Of a stretch of 64,000 bases of DNA, positions 49,201-58,665 are shown one piece after another. The stretch lies in the IMG/VR virus record IMGVR_UViG_3300042447_000691. One strand, given 5' to 3'. Position 1 is the first letter of the stretch. Every line of letters starts with the position of its first letter. Position numbers and translations under genes: made by a program. The notes under the pieces were generated by a model. That model was given only the letters and a program-made list of their open reading frames with translations. It was not told where the DNA came from and did no database searches. Source of the stretch: a virus.

Positions 49201-49917
49201 CTATTTTGATTTGTTTAATTCTATTCTTGTTAGATATTGATCGTTCACAAATTCCCAATTTACAACCTTCCAAAAATTTTTAACATATTCGTCTCTTTTA
49301 TTTTTGTATTTTAAATAGTAAGCGTGTTCCCATACGTCTAAACCTAAGATCGGATATCCCCTTTCTTTTTCTGTATTCATTAGGGGGTTGTCTTGATTTG
49401 CGGTGGAAACAATTTTTAATCTATTGTTGTCGGTCAAGATTAACCAAACCCAACCAGATCCAAATCGACTTTTTGATTCCTCCTCAAACTTCTCTTTAAA
49501 TTTTTCAAACGAACCAAAGTTTTTATCAATTTCTTTTTTAATCGGATCTTTAACTGTTTGTTTTTTTGGACTTAACATTTTCCAAAATAATGCGTGATTA
49601 AATGCCCCACCACCATTATTTTTAACTTTATTGTTAAACTTTGATATTTTTATTATAATTTCTTCTAAGTCTATATCCTTACCTTTAACCTTTTCTAACT
49701 CGGCGTTTAGTTTATCAACATACCCTTTATAGTGTTTTGTGTAGTGAGTTTTCATCGTCTCAGAATCTACAAAAGTTGTTAAAGAATTATAATCGTATGG
49801 TAGTTTTTCCATACTTATTTTTTTTATTTCAGAAATAATTGATTCGTTTAAAAATGAGGTATGGTTTAATTTACTCTCGATTAAATCTATTCTTTGATTA
49901 ATTTTTTTAAATATCAT
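49201..49917 (-). CDS. sodA: Fe/Mn superoxide dismutase (Mn-type signatures) with ~30-aa N-terminal extension
   Basis: LPYDY, HYTKH, NNGGGAFNHALFW, FGSGWVWL, TANQDNP, LDVWEHAYY. Start reassigned to 49917. Confidence 0.93.
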   Translation of the reverse strand: MIFKKINQRIDLIESKLNHTSFLNESIISEIKKISMEKLPYDYNSLTTFVDSETMKTHYTKHYKGYVDKLNAELEKVKGKDIDLEEIIIKISKFNNKVKNNGGGAFNHALFWKMLSPKKQTVKDPIKKEIDKNFGSFEKFKEKFEEESKSRFGSGWVWLILTDNNRLKIVSTANQDNPLMNTEKERGYPILGLDVWEHAYYLKYKNKRDEYVKNFWKVVNWEFVNDQYLTRIELNKSK

Positions 49918-49928
49918 ACTAATAAATA

Positions 49929-51695
49929 TCACCTACCATTAGAAATTATCTTTAACATTTCCTCTATCGAAGATGCCTCATCTAATAATAGATCATCCCC
50001 CATAACTGTGGATATTATTTTTTTCTTTCTATTTAAGATGTCGTATATCGCACCCTCTATTGTGTTTTCAAAAAGGGGATAGTAAACTGATGTTGAATTT
50101 TTTTGTCCAATTCTATGAGACCTATCTTCTGCTTGAGCGTGTTCTGCCGGTACAAACGACAAATCATTCATAATAACCGCTTCGGCCGATGTTAAAGTAA
50201 TACCAACACCCGCAGCTTTTAGGTTACCAATAAACACTTTAATTTTATCGTTTTCTTGAAAATCATCCACAGATTTTTGTCGATGAGGTTTTGAACAAGA
50301 CCCATCTAAATAAACCGCACTTTTTCCAAAATGGTCATAAATTGTCCGTAACGTATCTGTAAAGTTTGTAAATATGATAACTTTTTTACCTTGTTCAATA
50401 ATATTCTCAGCCAACTCAATAGTGTTTTTAACTTTTTCTTCGGCAATAACTTTTCTAACTTTCATTAATTTACCAAATTGGATGGTTAATGATCCGGATT
50501 CGTTAGGGTTTTTGTCGTACCAATCATAGTATTCACCCATGAGTTCTTCATAGTCTTTAGACTTTAATCTTAAATAAACAGGTGTAATAATTTTATCGGG
50601 TAAATCTAAAACGTCTTCTTTTAGTCTCCTAAGAATGTGTGATTGCGTTCGTTCTCTTAGTTCATCTAAGTTTGATGCTCCCGTAACATTCCAAATTTTT
50701 CTATTACCCACAACGAATTGAAACCCATTACAATATCTTTTTGCGTAAGCCATCCAATTTGCTGCGACAGGACTCTCAACTAAACTCAAAAGATTAAAAT
50801 AGTTCATCGGTCTTGAGGTCATTGGTGTTCCCGTCAATAACCAAACCCTATCAATTTTATCACATAGATCATTAACAATTTTTGTTCTTTGTGCTTGGGG
50901 GTTTGATATCATATGAGCCTCATCCATAATAACCAAATCAAATTTTGCATTTAAAATTGTTGATTCGTCTTTCTTTTTTGGATCGTGAAAGTTTTTTAAA
51001 ATATCGTAATTAATTATTACAAATTCGTGTTCATTTGAAAATTTCTTACCTTCTGCGATATAAACGGTTCTATCTGAATAGTTTTCAATTTCACGTTGCC
51101 AATTTATTTTTAAAGATGCGGGACATACTATTAATATTTTTTTTATTTTTGTTTCAAGTGCGGCTATAATAGTACTGGTAGTCTTACCAAGACCCATATC
51201 ATCAGCCAATATATATTTTTTGTTACCCACCAACTTAGTAATTGCTTCTTTTTGGTGTTCCATTGGAAGTCTATGGTTGTATTTGGTGTAATCAACAATA
51301 ATGTTTTTCACTTCGTTATCTTTTATAAGTGCGGATTTTGGTAACCAAAAGTCGTGTACGGTGTCACCACTAAATATCTTACCCCATATATGATATGATT
51401 TATCTTTCTCAACCAAAAGTTTCTCAACATAAATCTCTGTCGGTTCTTTGGTATACATTTTTTCTTCCATCATTTTTTTACCAAAATACGAATCGAGTTT
51501 GACCCATTTTTTTGCGACCTTTGGTGTACGACCGTGAAAATTTATAATGTATTCCGCTTGAGACCTGGTAGGTGTAAACGATTTACTATTTTGTTTTTTG
51601 TGTTTTAAATTTAGGATATAGTTATTTGATCCTTCATATTCGTCAAGTAATTGAAGTGACCGTGTTTCGGGAGTTCTTGAAATTAATTCTTCCAT
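49929..51695 (-). CDS. SNF2-family (SMARCAL1/HARP-like) helicase
   Basis: ADDMGLGKT, DEAH, LTGTP, AAGVGITL, QAEDRSHRIGQ. Start reassigned to MEELIS (51695). Confidence 0.92.
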   Translation of the reverse strand: MEELISRTPETRSLQLLDEYEGSNNYILNLKHKKQNSKSFTPTRSQAEYIINFHGRTPKVAKKWVKLDSYFGKKMMEEKMYTKEPTEIYVEKLLVEKDKSYHIWGKIFSGDTVHDFWLPKSALIKDNEVKNIIVDYTKYNHRLPMEHQKEAITKLVGNKKYILADDMGLGKTTSTIIAALETKIKKILIVCPASLKINWQREIENYSDRTVYIAEGKKFSNEHEFVIINYDILKNFHDPKKKDESTILNAKFDLVIMDEAHMISNPQAQRTKIVNDLCDKIDRVWLLTGTPMTSRPMNYFNLLSLVESPVAANWMAYAKRYCNGFQFVVGNRKIWNVTGASNLDELRERTQSHILRRLKEDVLDLPDKIITPVYLRLKSKDYEELMGEYYDWYDKNPNESGSLTIQFGKLMKVRKVIAEEKVKNTIELAENIIEQGKKVIIFTNFTDTLRTIYDHFGKSAVYLDGSCSKPHRQKSVDDFQENDKIKVFIGNLKAAGVGITLTSAEAVIMNDLSFVPAEHAQAEDRSHRIGQKNSTSVYYPLFENTIEGAIYDILNRKKKIISTVMGDDLLLDEASSIEEMLKIISNGR

Positions 51696-51753
51696 AATAA
51701 TATAAATAAAAATACTAAACAATAATAAATAATCAATCAATGTATTTATAGTT

Positions 51754-52269
51754 ATGGCACAGAATAAAGTCCCAATTACAAGGTTAAATAAGTTTTTTTC
51801 TGAAGAAGACTTTGATTTGGATATTAATATGGGTGAGGAATGGTTACATGGGGACATGAATTTCACTTTAGTTTTATACAGAGTCGATAGACAAAGGACT
51901 GATAATGACGATGTGTATGGGGAGGCGTTAGAGGACTCGATACAATTTTTAGCTCCTGTCGAATTTAAAGGGTATGTTCAGGTGGAAGCACCTACAAATG
52001 TGGATTACGGTTCGTCAAAATTATCACAAACAGAACCAGGTAATGTCAAAGTAGGGGTTTATCAAAAACAACTTGATGAGTTAGGTATTGATATTAATTA
52101 TGGTGACTATATTGGTTACTATGAAACTGAAGATAGGGTAAGATATTATTCTGTAGTAAACGACGGTAGGGTTTTTACCGATAATAAACATACATATGGC
52201 GGGTATAAAAGATTTTATCGATCAATTATTGCATCACCTGTTAACGATAACGAATTTAAAGGTATCTAA
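51754..52269 (+). CDS. Head closure/neck protein, T4 gp14-like
   Basis: DDVYGEA..I.F..PVE..GY; position before the gp15-like gene; TATTTAT 4 nt upstream. Confidence 0.6.
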   Translation: MAQNKVPITRLNKFFSEEDFDLDINMGEEWLHGDMNFTLVLYRVDRQRTDNDDVYGEALEDSIQFLAPVEFKGYVQVEAPTNVDYGSSKLSQTEPGNVKVGVYQKQLDELGIDINYGDYIGYYETEDRVRYYSVVNDGRVFTDNKHTYGGYKRFYRSIIASPVNDNEFKGI

Positions 52270-53309
52270 TGGCTTTACCAAAAAAAATTAAAAAACACTT
52301 ACCCCTTGTACCTGAAAAGGTGGGGAAAGAAAGAAGAGAAGAGTTATTGGATTTAATAACTAAAGATGGTACGTACCTACCTAAAGGGGTATTACATGCC
52401 GATTTGGACAGGGGGATTTTGGATTTTGTTAAGGATAGGTTATCTTTGTCGGTGGATGGGAAAAAAGTACCATCAATAGACAAAATTATAACAAACCAAA
52501 ACTGGGCTCAATTTACCACAACTTGGAATTTTAACGATCTAGATAAAAACGTTAAACTACCTTTTGTTACAACGGTAAGAATGCCTGAAGTTAAATACGG
52601 AACCTTACAAGGTGGTCTTGCAAATATTCCAGAAAGAAGACACTTTCATTATTATACTGTTCCAACATGGGACGGTCAAAGAAAAGGTGCTGACGTTTAT
52701 AAAATTCCACAACCCATTCCGGTTGATATAACATATAATATTAAATTATTTTGTAATAGAATGAGGGAATTGAATGAGTTTAATAAAATATTCATGCAGA
52801 CTTTTACATCAAAACAAGCTTATATAAACGTAAAAGGACATTATCTACCGGTTATGATGGACGAAGTTTCTGACGAATCCTCTAAAGAATTAGAAAAAAG
52901 AAAATATTATATTGCCAATTATAAAATAACATTAAAGGGGTTGTTAATTGACGAAGAGGAATTCCAAGTTTCACCAGCAATTACAAGAGCACTTACAGTT
53001 ATTGAGGTTGACACCAAAATTAGAAAAAGAAAGGCAAAAATAGAACCACCAAGAACAAATAATTTTAATTTAGATATTACTTTTTTAAGTGGGGTAACAC
53101 AATTAAGCGAGGTATTTAACTATACTGCCGATATTGTAATCCAAAGTACAGACAACGTAACATCGTATTCCGTATACATAAATAATAATTATGTTGGTGA
53201 CGATTTAAGTACAATACAAATAACTACTAACGATACTTTAAAAATTATTGTGGTTAAAAATGATAATACAAAGACCTCTACGTTAAAGTCTGTGGCGTAT
53301 TTGGTTTAA
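52269..53309 (+). CDS. Tail terminator/sheath stabiliser, T4 gp15-like
   Basis: P.PVDITY.I and Y...ITLKG motifs; lies between the neck and sheath genes. Confidence 0.65.
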   Translation: MALPKKIKKHLPLVPEKVGKERREELLDLITKDGTYLPKGVLHADLDRGILDFVKDRLSLSVDGKKVPSIDKIITNQNWAQFTTTWNFNDLDKNVKLPFVTTVRMPEVKYGTLQGGLANIPERRHFHYYTVPTWDGQRKGADVYKIPQPIPVDITYNIKLFCNRMRELNEFNKIFMQTFTSKQAYINVKGHYLPVMMDEVSDESSKELEKRKYYIANYKITLKGLLIDEEEFQVSPAITRALTVIEVDTKIRKRKAKIEPPRTNNFNLDITFLSGVTQLSEVFNYTADIVIQSTDNVTSYSVYINNNYVGDDLSTIQITTNDTLKIIVVKNDNTKTSTLKSVAYLV

Positions 53310-53459
53310 TTATTCTCCGTATATATCCTTTTCTTTTTGACAAGTTTTTAAAATTAACGTTTCTAAAAACTTATACAACTTTAATCCCTTTTCTTCGCAG
53401 TATTTTTTTAAAACGTCGTGAGATTCTTCTGAAATCTTTATATTCTTTATTTTTTTCAT
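53310..53459 (-). CDS. Ribbon-helix-helix (Arc/CopG-like) DNA-binding protein
   Basis: 49 aa: KNIKIS beta-ribbon, EESHDVLKKYCEEKG helix, LYKFLETLI helix. Start reassigned to 53459. Confidence 0.6.
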   Translation of the reverse strand: MKKIKNIKISEESHDVLKKYCEEKGLKLYKFLETLILKTCQKEKDIYGE

Positions 53460-53475
53460 GTTAAGATAAATATTT

Positions 53476-53497
53476 AAAAAGGTAGAAAAAAGGTAGA
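53476..53497. repeat. Tandem 11-bp direct repeat AAAAAGGTAGA x2
   Basis: Perfect tandem copy between the divergent RHH and sheath promoters. Confidence 0.7.
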
Positions 53498-53558
53498 ATT
53501 TTTTCATACTATTAAATTTTTTATTAAAAAACCTTATGTTTTTTGCATTTAATCAAGG

Positions 53559-53565
53559 TATTTAT
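53559..53565 (+). promoter_or_regulatory. Putative late promoter (TATTTAT) of the tail sheath
   Basis: Motif 37 nt upstream of ATG 53603. Confidence 0.55.
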
Positions 53566-53602
53566 ATATAAAATAAAACATTAAAAACAAAAACATTTAA
53601 AA

Positions 53603-56600
53603 ATGGCTTCATCTAACAAAGTATTTGTATCACCCGGAGTATATACTTCAGAGAGGGATTTAACATTTGTTGCACAAAGTGTGGGTGTAACAACATTAGG
53701 AATTGCTGGTGAGACTTTGCAGGGACCGGCATTTGAACCGATATTTATTACAAATTTTGACGAGTTTCAAGTGTACTTTGGGTCTACTAGTCCTGAAAAA
53801 TACGTAAACACCCAAATACCTAAATACGAAACTGCTTACATCGCTAAATCTTATTTACAACAATCTAATCAACTTTTCGTAACGAGAGTTCTTGGTTTAT
53901 CAGGATATGATGCGGGACCATCATGGTCTATTACAACAATGGGTAACGTTAATCCGGCAACAATATCAGCAACAGGAAATAGTGCGACTAACGTCACTTT
54001 TAACTTTACAGGTCTAACAGGAACACCATCTTCTGTACAATTTACTGTTCCTGCACCGCTTTCTTCAGTGGTAGGAGCGACTTATACAAATTTTGATAAC
54101 TCAACATCAACAATATATAGTGATATCCAATCTTACATATTAAACGAAATAAACTTATTCTCAACAGGAACTGTTGGTTCTGGTACTACGGCTCAGTTTT
54201 GGGGTAGTGTTAGTGGGGGTTGTTTAAACTCAATCACTGCAGATTCTATCAATACTGTAACCGCAATTACGGAAACATACGGTGTAAGTAGTATTGATGT
54301 CGCTAACAATACATTATCAGCATCAACAAACGATCCTTGGTTCTATTCTCAATTCACATATTCACAAAATCCATCAACTGATGCATCATCATATCTTGGT
54401 TTTGGTTTTGGTATTAGTTTAGATTCAATGTCTACAGGTACAACTGCAGGTTCTTATTCAGGATCTTGTAATATTAGATTTACTAATTATTCGGGAACAC
54501 CTTACTTAGAATATGATGATTTAGTTATTGCGACTTTAAGATCAAGAGGTATCTCAACATATTCGTCAACACAGGCCGGTCCAAGTTACGAAGTTTCAGG
54601 AAAATCAAACGTTGTAATGATTACTTCAGGTCAATATTCTGGCGTAACAAAAGATCCATTCCAAACGTTTCAAATTTCAGGTGTTACTCAAGACGGTGAT
54701 AATTTTAGTTTTGAAACATCATTATTAAGTACGGATTCTAATTACTTGTCTAAAGTATTCGGTAGAAGTAACTTCGGAAAAGATAGAACTCAAGTACCTT
54801 TATTTGTTGAGGAGGCTTACCCATCGTTATTGACTACAGGTTATAGATCAGGAAAAATCAGAGGTTTATATAATGATTGGATCGATTTAGGTGGTGTTAG
54901 ACAAAACGATAGTCAGTCAATCGCATTTTATCTTGAACAATTCCAAACACCTGAAACACCATATTTTGTTTCTGAACTTAGAGGTAATAAAGTCTATAAA
55001 CTTTTCAAAACTAGATTAATCTCTGACGGTAACGCCGCTAACAGATTGGTAAAAATATCAATTGCAAATATGTCGTTTAATAATTTAACTTTCGATGTCT
55101 TTGTTAGAGATTTCTTTGATACCGATCAGAATGTTAGAGTTGTTGAAAGTTTCACTAACTGTTCTATGGATCCGTCAAATAATAACTACGTCGCTAATAA
55201 AATCGGTACATCAAACGGTGAATATCAAGTTAAGTCTAAATATATTATGTTAGACATGAGTGACGAAGCACCTATAGATGCACTACCTTGTGGTTTTGAA
55301 GGGTACAATATGAGACAATATAGTAACGCAACACCACCATTTATGGTTTATAAAACAAAATATTTACAACCAGGTGAAGTGATTTATAACCCTCCTTTTG
55401 GATCATCTAACGGTGGAGATAATCCGGTAATTTCAAATGGTGAAAACCCAAGAAGAGCTTACTTAGGTATATCTAATATTACAGGAATTGATTACGATTT
55501 CTTTGAGTATAAAGGAAAACAAGTACCGGTTAATATTGGTACAGATACTGAAGGTATTGATTGGGGTTATATGACAAAAGGTTTCCACATGGATAGTGGA
55601 GCGACTATCGTAACGATGTATAACGCACTTCTATCAGCAACAACTTCGGCATTTGAAGTGGGTGTAGGGTCGTTTAATAGTGAACCTGATGATACTAACA
55701 ACCCTTATTATAGATTAAATACTCGTAAATTTACAGCATTACCTTATGGTGGATTTGACGGATGGGATATCTATAGAGAGTACAGAACAAATAATGATTC
55801 ATTCGCATTAGGTCAATCAGGATATAAATACGGAGCAGAAGCATCAATCACATACCCTACGGCAACAGGATGGGGAGCGTTTAAACAAATTTCAGGACCA
55901 AACCAAGAGACTTGGGCTAACACTGACTATTACGCATACTTATGGGGTCAATCAACATTTGCAAATCCAGAAGCGGTAAACATTAATATATTTACAACTC
56001 CGGGTATTGATTATGTGAATAACCAAAATCTTGTGGAATTAGCAATTGATATGGTTGAAACAGATAGAGCGGATTCTATTTATGTGTGTACAACACCTGA
56101 CTTTAATTTATTCTTACCTACGTATAATGATTTAGAAGAAGGTTTAATTTATCCTCAACAAGTTGTAGATAACTTAGAAAACACAGGTATCGACTCTAAC
56201 TATACCGCAACTTATTACCCATGGGTTTTAACAAGAGATACAGTAAATAATACACAAATTTATTTACCGGGTACTGCAGAGGTAACTAAAAACTTAGCAT
56301 TAACCGATAACATCGCTTTCCCTTGGTTCGCATCTGCGGGTTACACAAGAGGTATCGTAAATGCTATTAAAGCACGTAAAAAGTTAACACAAGACGATAG
56401 AGACACACTTTATAAAGGTAGAATTAATCCAATCGCAACCTTCTCTGATGTTGGTACAGTGATTTGGGGTAACAAAACTCTACAAATTAGAGAGTCTGCA
56501 CTTGATAGAATCAACGTAAGACGATTGTTATTACAAGCACGTAAGTTGATTTCAGCAGTAGCGATAAGACTATTGTTTGAACAAAACGATGATAAAGTAA

Positions 56601-56815
56601 GACAAGACTTCTTGGATTCTGTTAACCCGATTTTGGATTCAATCAGAAGAGATCGTGGTTTAATTGATTTCCGTGTGACGGTATCAAACACTCCTGAAGA
56701 TTTAGATTCAAACACTTTAACAGGTAAGATTTTCTTAAAACCAACAAGAGCGTTAGAGTATATCGACATCGAGTTTGTTATTACACCAACAGGAGCATCT
56801 TTTGATGACGTATAA
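53603..56815 (+). CDS. Contractile tail sheath protein, T4 gp18-like, with insertions
   Basis: VSPGVYTSERD N-terminus; WFASAGYTRG, LYKGRINPI, WGNKTL, RINVRRL, PTRALEYI. Confidence 0.95.
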   Translation: MASSNKVFVSPGVYTSERDLTFVAQSVGVTTLGIAGETLQGPAFEPIFITNFDEFQVYFGSTSPEKYVNTQIPKYETAYIAKSYLQQSNQLFVTRVLGLSGYDAGPSWSITTMGNVNPATISATGNSATNVTFNFTGLTGTPSSVQFTVPAPLSSVVGATYTNFDNSTSTIYSDIQSYILNEINLFSTGTVGSGTTAQFWGSVSGGCLNSITADSINTVTAITETYGVSSIDVANNTLSASTNDPWFYSQFTYSQNPSTDASSYLGFGFGISLDSMSTGTTAGSYSGSCNIRFTNYSGTPYLEYDDLVIATLRSRGISTYSSTQAGPSYEVSGKSNVVMITSGQYSGVTKDPFQTFQISGVTQDGDNFSFETSLLSTDSNYLSKVFGRSNFGKDRTQVPLFVEEAYPSLLTTGYRSGKIRGLYNDWIDLGGVRQNDSQSIAFYLEQFQTPETPYFVSELRGNKVYKLFKTRLISDGNAANRLVKISIANMSFNNLTFDVFVRDFFDTDQNVRVVESFTNCSMDPSNNNYVANKIGTSNGEYQVKSKYIMLDMSDEAPIDALPCGFEGYNMRQYSNATPPFMVYKTKYLQPGEVIYNPPFGSSNGGDNPVISNGENPRRAYLGISNITGIDYDFFEYKGKQVPVNIGTDTEGIDWGYMTKGFHMDSGATIVTMYNALLSATTSAFEVGVGSFNSEPDDTNNPYYRLNTRKFTALPYGGFDGWDIYREYRTNNDSFALGQSGYKYGAEASITYPTATGWGAFKQISGPNQETWANTDYYAYLWGQSTFANPEAVNINIFTTPGIDYVNNQNLVELAIDMVETDRADSIYVCTTPDFNLFLPTYNDLEEGLIYPQQVVDNLENTGIDSNYTATYYPWVLTRDTVNNTQIYLPGTAEVTKNLALTDNIAFPWFASAGYTRGIVNAIKARKKLTQDDRDTLYKGRINPIATFSDVGTVIWGNKTLQIRESALDRINVRRLLLQARKLISAVAIRLLFEQNDDKVRQDFLDSVNPILDSIRRDRGLIDFRVTVSNTPEDLDSNTLTGKIFLKPTRALEYIDIEFVITPTGASFDDV

Positions 56816-56833
56816 ATAAAAAAATAAACTAAG

Positions 56834-56860
56834 TGGGGAGTAGAAATATTCCCCATTTAT
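56834..56860 (+). terminator. Rho-independent terminator after the sheath gene
   Basis: TGGGGAGTA-GAAA-TATTCCCCA hairpin followed by TTTAT. Confidence 0.7.
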
Positions 56861-56883
56861 ATATTTATATTAAAAATAACACA

Positions 56884-57021
56884 ATGAAAATCGAAAAAAA
56901 AATCATTAAAGAAAGTGTAGGTGATCAAAATATTAATAAAAAATCATTTTCTACTAAGAAACAAAACATAATAATAACTGAAGCTCAATTAGAATATATT
57001 TTATCAAAACTTAACAAGTAA
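56884..57021 (+). CDS. 45-aa protein with IIKE/IITE motifs
   Basis: Start reassigned to 56884; TATTTAT 15 nt upstream; stop overlaps the next start. Confidence 0.55.
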   Translation: MKIEKKIIKESVGDQNINKKSFSTKKQNIIITEAQLEYILSKLNK

Positions 57022-57980
57022 TGGATATTAAAAAACACATATATATACAAGTACTTAAAAAAAGAATTAATGAGGGGTTGGTCGATGATTACGAAACAAA
57101 AGAATTAAGACCTGACTTAAAGTATTATGCATTTGACTGGGACGATAACTTAATGTTTATGCCAACAAAAATAATGGTTATGTCTGAAAATGATGATGAG
57201 ATCGGTATGTCAACTGAAGATTTTGCTGAACACCGAACTCAAATCGGTGTGGAACCTTTTAAATATAAAAGTGCAACAATTATTGGTTTTGCTAATGAAC
57301 CGTTTAGGTTTTTCCGAGAAATGGGTGATAAAAGGTTTGTGGTCGACTCAATGACTGCACCACTTGGTCCAGCTTGGAATGACTTTGTTGAATGTATTAA
57401 TGGTGGATCTATTTTTGCAATAATCACCGCTCGTGGTCACAATCCTGAAACTTTAAAAGAATCGGTTTACAATCTTATAATGTCAAACAAAAATGGTTTA
57501 AATAGAAAAAAACTTGAGGAGAGTCTTAGACAATACGATTTATTAACCTCTGAAGGGATCTCTGAAGATATTAGACCAAATAGGAACACAACCATAGAAC
57601 AATATTTAAATATGTGTAAATTCCATCCGGTTTCTTATGGAAGTGGTAGTGCGGCATCTCCTGAAGAAGGAAAAAACAAAGCACTTAAAGAGTTTATTTC
57701 ATATTGTAGAGATTTGGCCAAAAATTTAATACAGTTCATTTTAAAGAAGAATCCAAATATGGATCTTACCGATTTGGTTCCAAAATTTAAAAATGACGTA
57801 GCAATGGATGAACCGGTTATTAATGTTGACGAATTTGTAAATAGACACACAACTATAGGGTTTTCAGATGATGACCAAAGAAATATTGAAGCATCATCAG
57901 AATTTTTAAATAAAGAGTATGAAAAAAATCCAGTTAATTTATACTTAACTAAAGGAGGTAAAAAAACTAGATTTAATTAA
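57021..57980 (+). CDS. HAD-superfamily phosphatase-like protein
   Basis: YAFDWDDNL (motif I DxD), IITARGH (motif II), GFSDDD (motif IV). Confidence 0.7.
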   Translation: MDIKKHIYIQVLKKRINEGLVDDYETKELRPDLKYYAFDWDDNLMFMPTKIMVMSENDDEIGMSTEDFAEHRTQIGVEPFKYKSATIIGFANEPFRFFREMGDKRFVVDSMTAPLGPAWNDFVECINGGSIFAIITARGHNPETLKESVYNLIMSNKNGLNRKKLEESLRQYDLLTSEGISEDIRPNRNTTIEQYLNMCKFHPVSYGSGSAASPEEGKNKALKEFISYCRDLAKNLIQFILKKNPNMDLTDLVPKFKNDVAMDEPVINVDEFVNRHTTIGFSDDDQRNIEASSEFLNKEYEKNPVNLYLTKGGKKTRFN

Positions 57981-58081
57981 GATACTAGTAAAGAAATATT
58001 ACAAAATAAAAAAAAGTAAAGACAAAAAAATAAATAACACAATATTTATATAAAAAATAAAAATACTAAAAATAAGAAAAC

Positions 58082-58570
58082 ATGGCTGATTTATTAATGA
58101 AAATGCCCTTTCAATATGAACCTAAAAGAAAAAATAGGTTTATTTTAACTTTCCCTTCTTCGTTGGGGATAAACTCTTGGTATGTTGAAAGCACTTCAAG
58201 ACCTAAAATAGAAATTGGATCTACAGAGATTCCTTTCTTAAATACGTCAACATATGTTGCTGGTAGATTTAAGTGGGGATCTATTGATGTTACGTTTAGA
58301 GATCCGATCGGTCCTTCGGCTTCACAAGCACTTATGGAGTGGGTTCGTTTACATGCAGAATCTGTTACAGGACGTATGGGATATGCTGCCGGTTATAAAA
58401 AAGACATCGATTTAGAAATGTTAGACCCAACAGGGGTAGCAGTTGAAAAATGGATCTTACAAGGTTGTTTCTTAACCAATGTTGATTTCGATTCATTAGG
58501 ATATAGTGAAGATGGATTAATTACGGTTAAAGCTTCAATGCAACCAGATAGATGTATTTTGGTTTACTAA
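58082..58570 (+). CDS. Tail tube protein, T4 gp19-like
   Basis: EPKRKNRF, P...G..W..I.VTF.D, W, YKKDI.LE.LDP.G..VE.W.L.G.F.. Confidence 0.9.
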   Translation: MADLLMKMPFQYEPKRKNRFILTFPSSLGINSWYVESTSRPKIEIGSTEIPFLNTSTYVAGRFKWGSIDVTFRDPIGPSASQALMEWVRLHAESVTGRMGYAAGYKKDIDLEMLDPTGVAVEKWILQGCFLTNVDFDSLGYSEDGLITVKASMQPDRCILVY

Positions 58571-58594
58571 AACAAAATTAAAATATTTTTTAAG

Positions 58595-58622
58595 AACCTC
58601 ACCAACAAAGTGGGGTTTTTTA
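58595..58622 (+). terminator. Rho-independent terminator after the tail tube gene
   Basis: AACCTCAC/GTGGGGTT stem (one G-U pair) followed by a T-run. Confidence 0.65.
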
Positions 58623-58665
58623 TTTACATAGAAAATAGTTAAAGTATTTTTATAATAAAAAAACT

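Noticed and set aside
51696-51866. N-terminal 57 aa of the helicase ORF call (and similar extensions at 24119-24172, 20720-20737, 53460-53507, 56833-56883, 43177-43236)
   Set aside because: They overlap neighbouring genes or promoters; downstream ATGs fit domain starts and TATTTAT spacing better.
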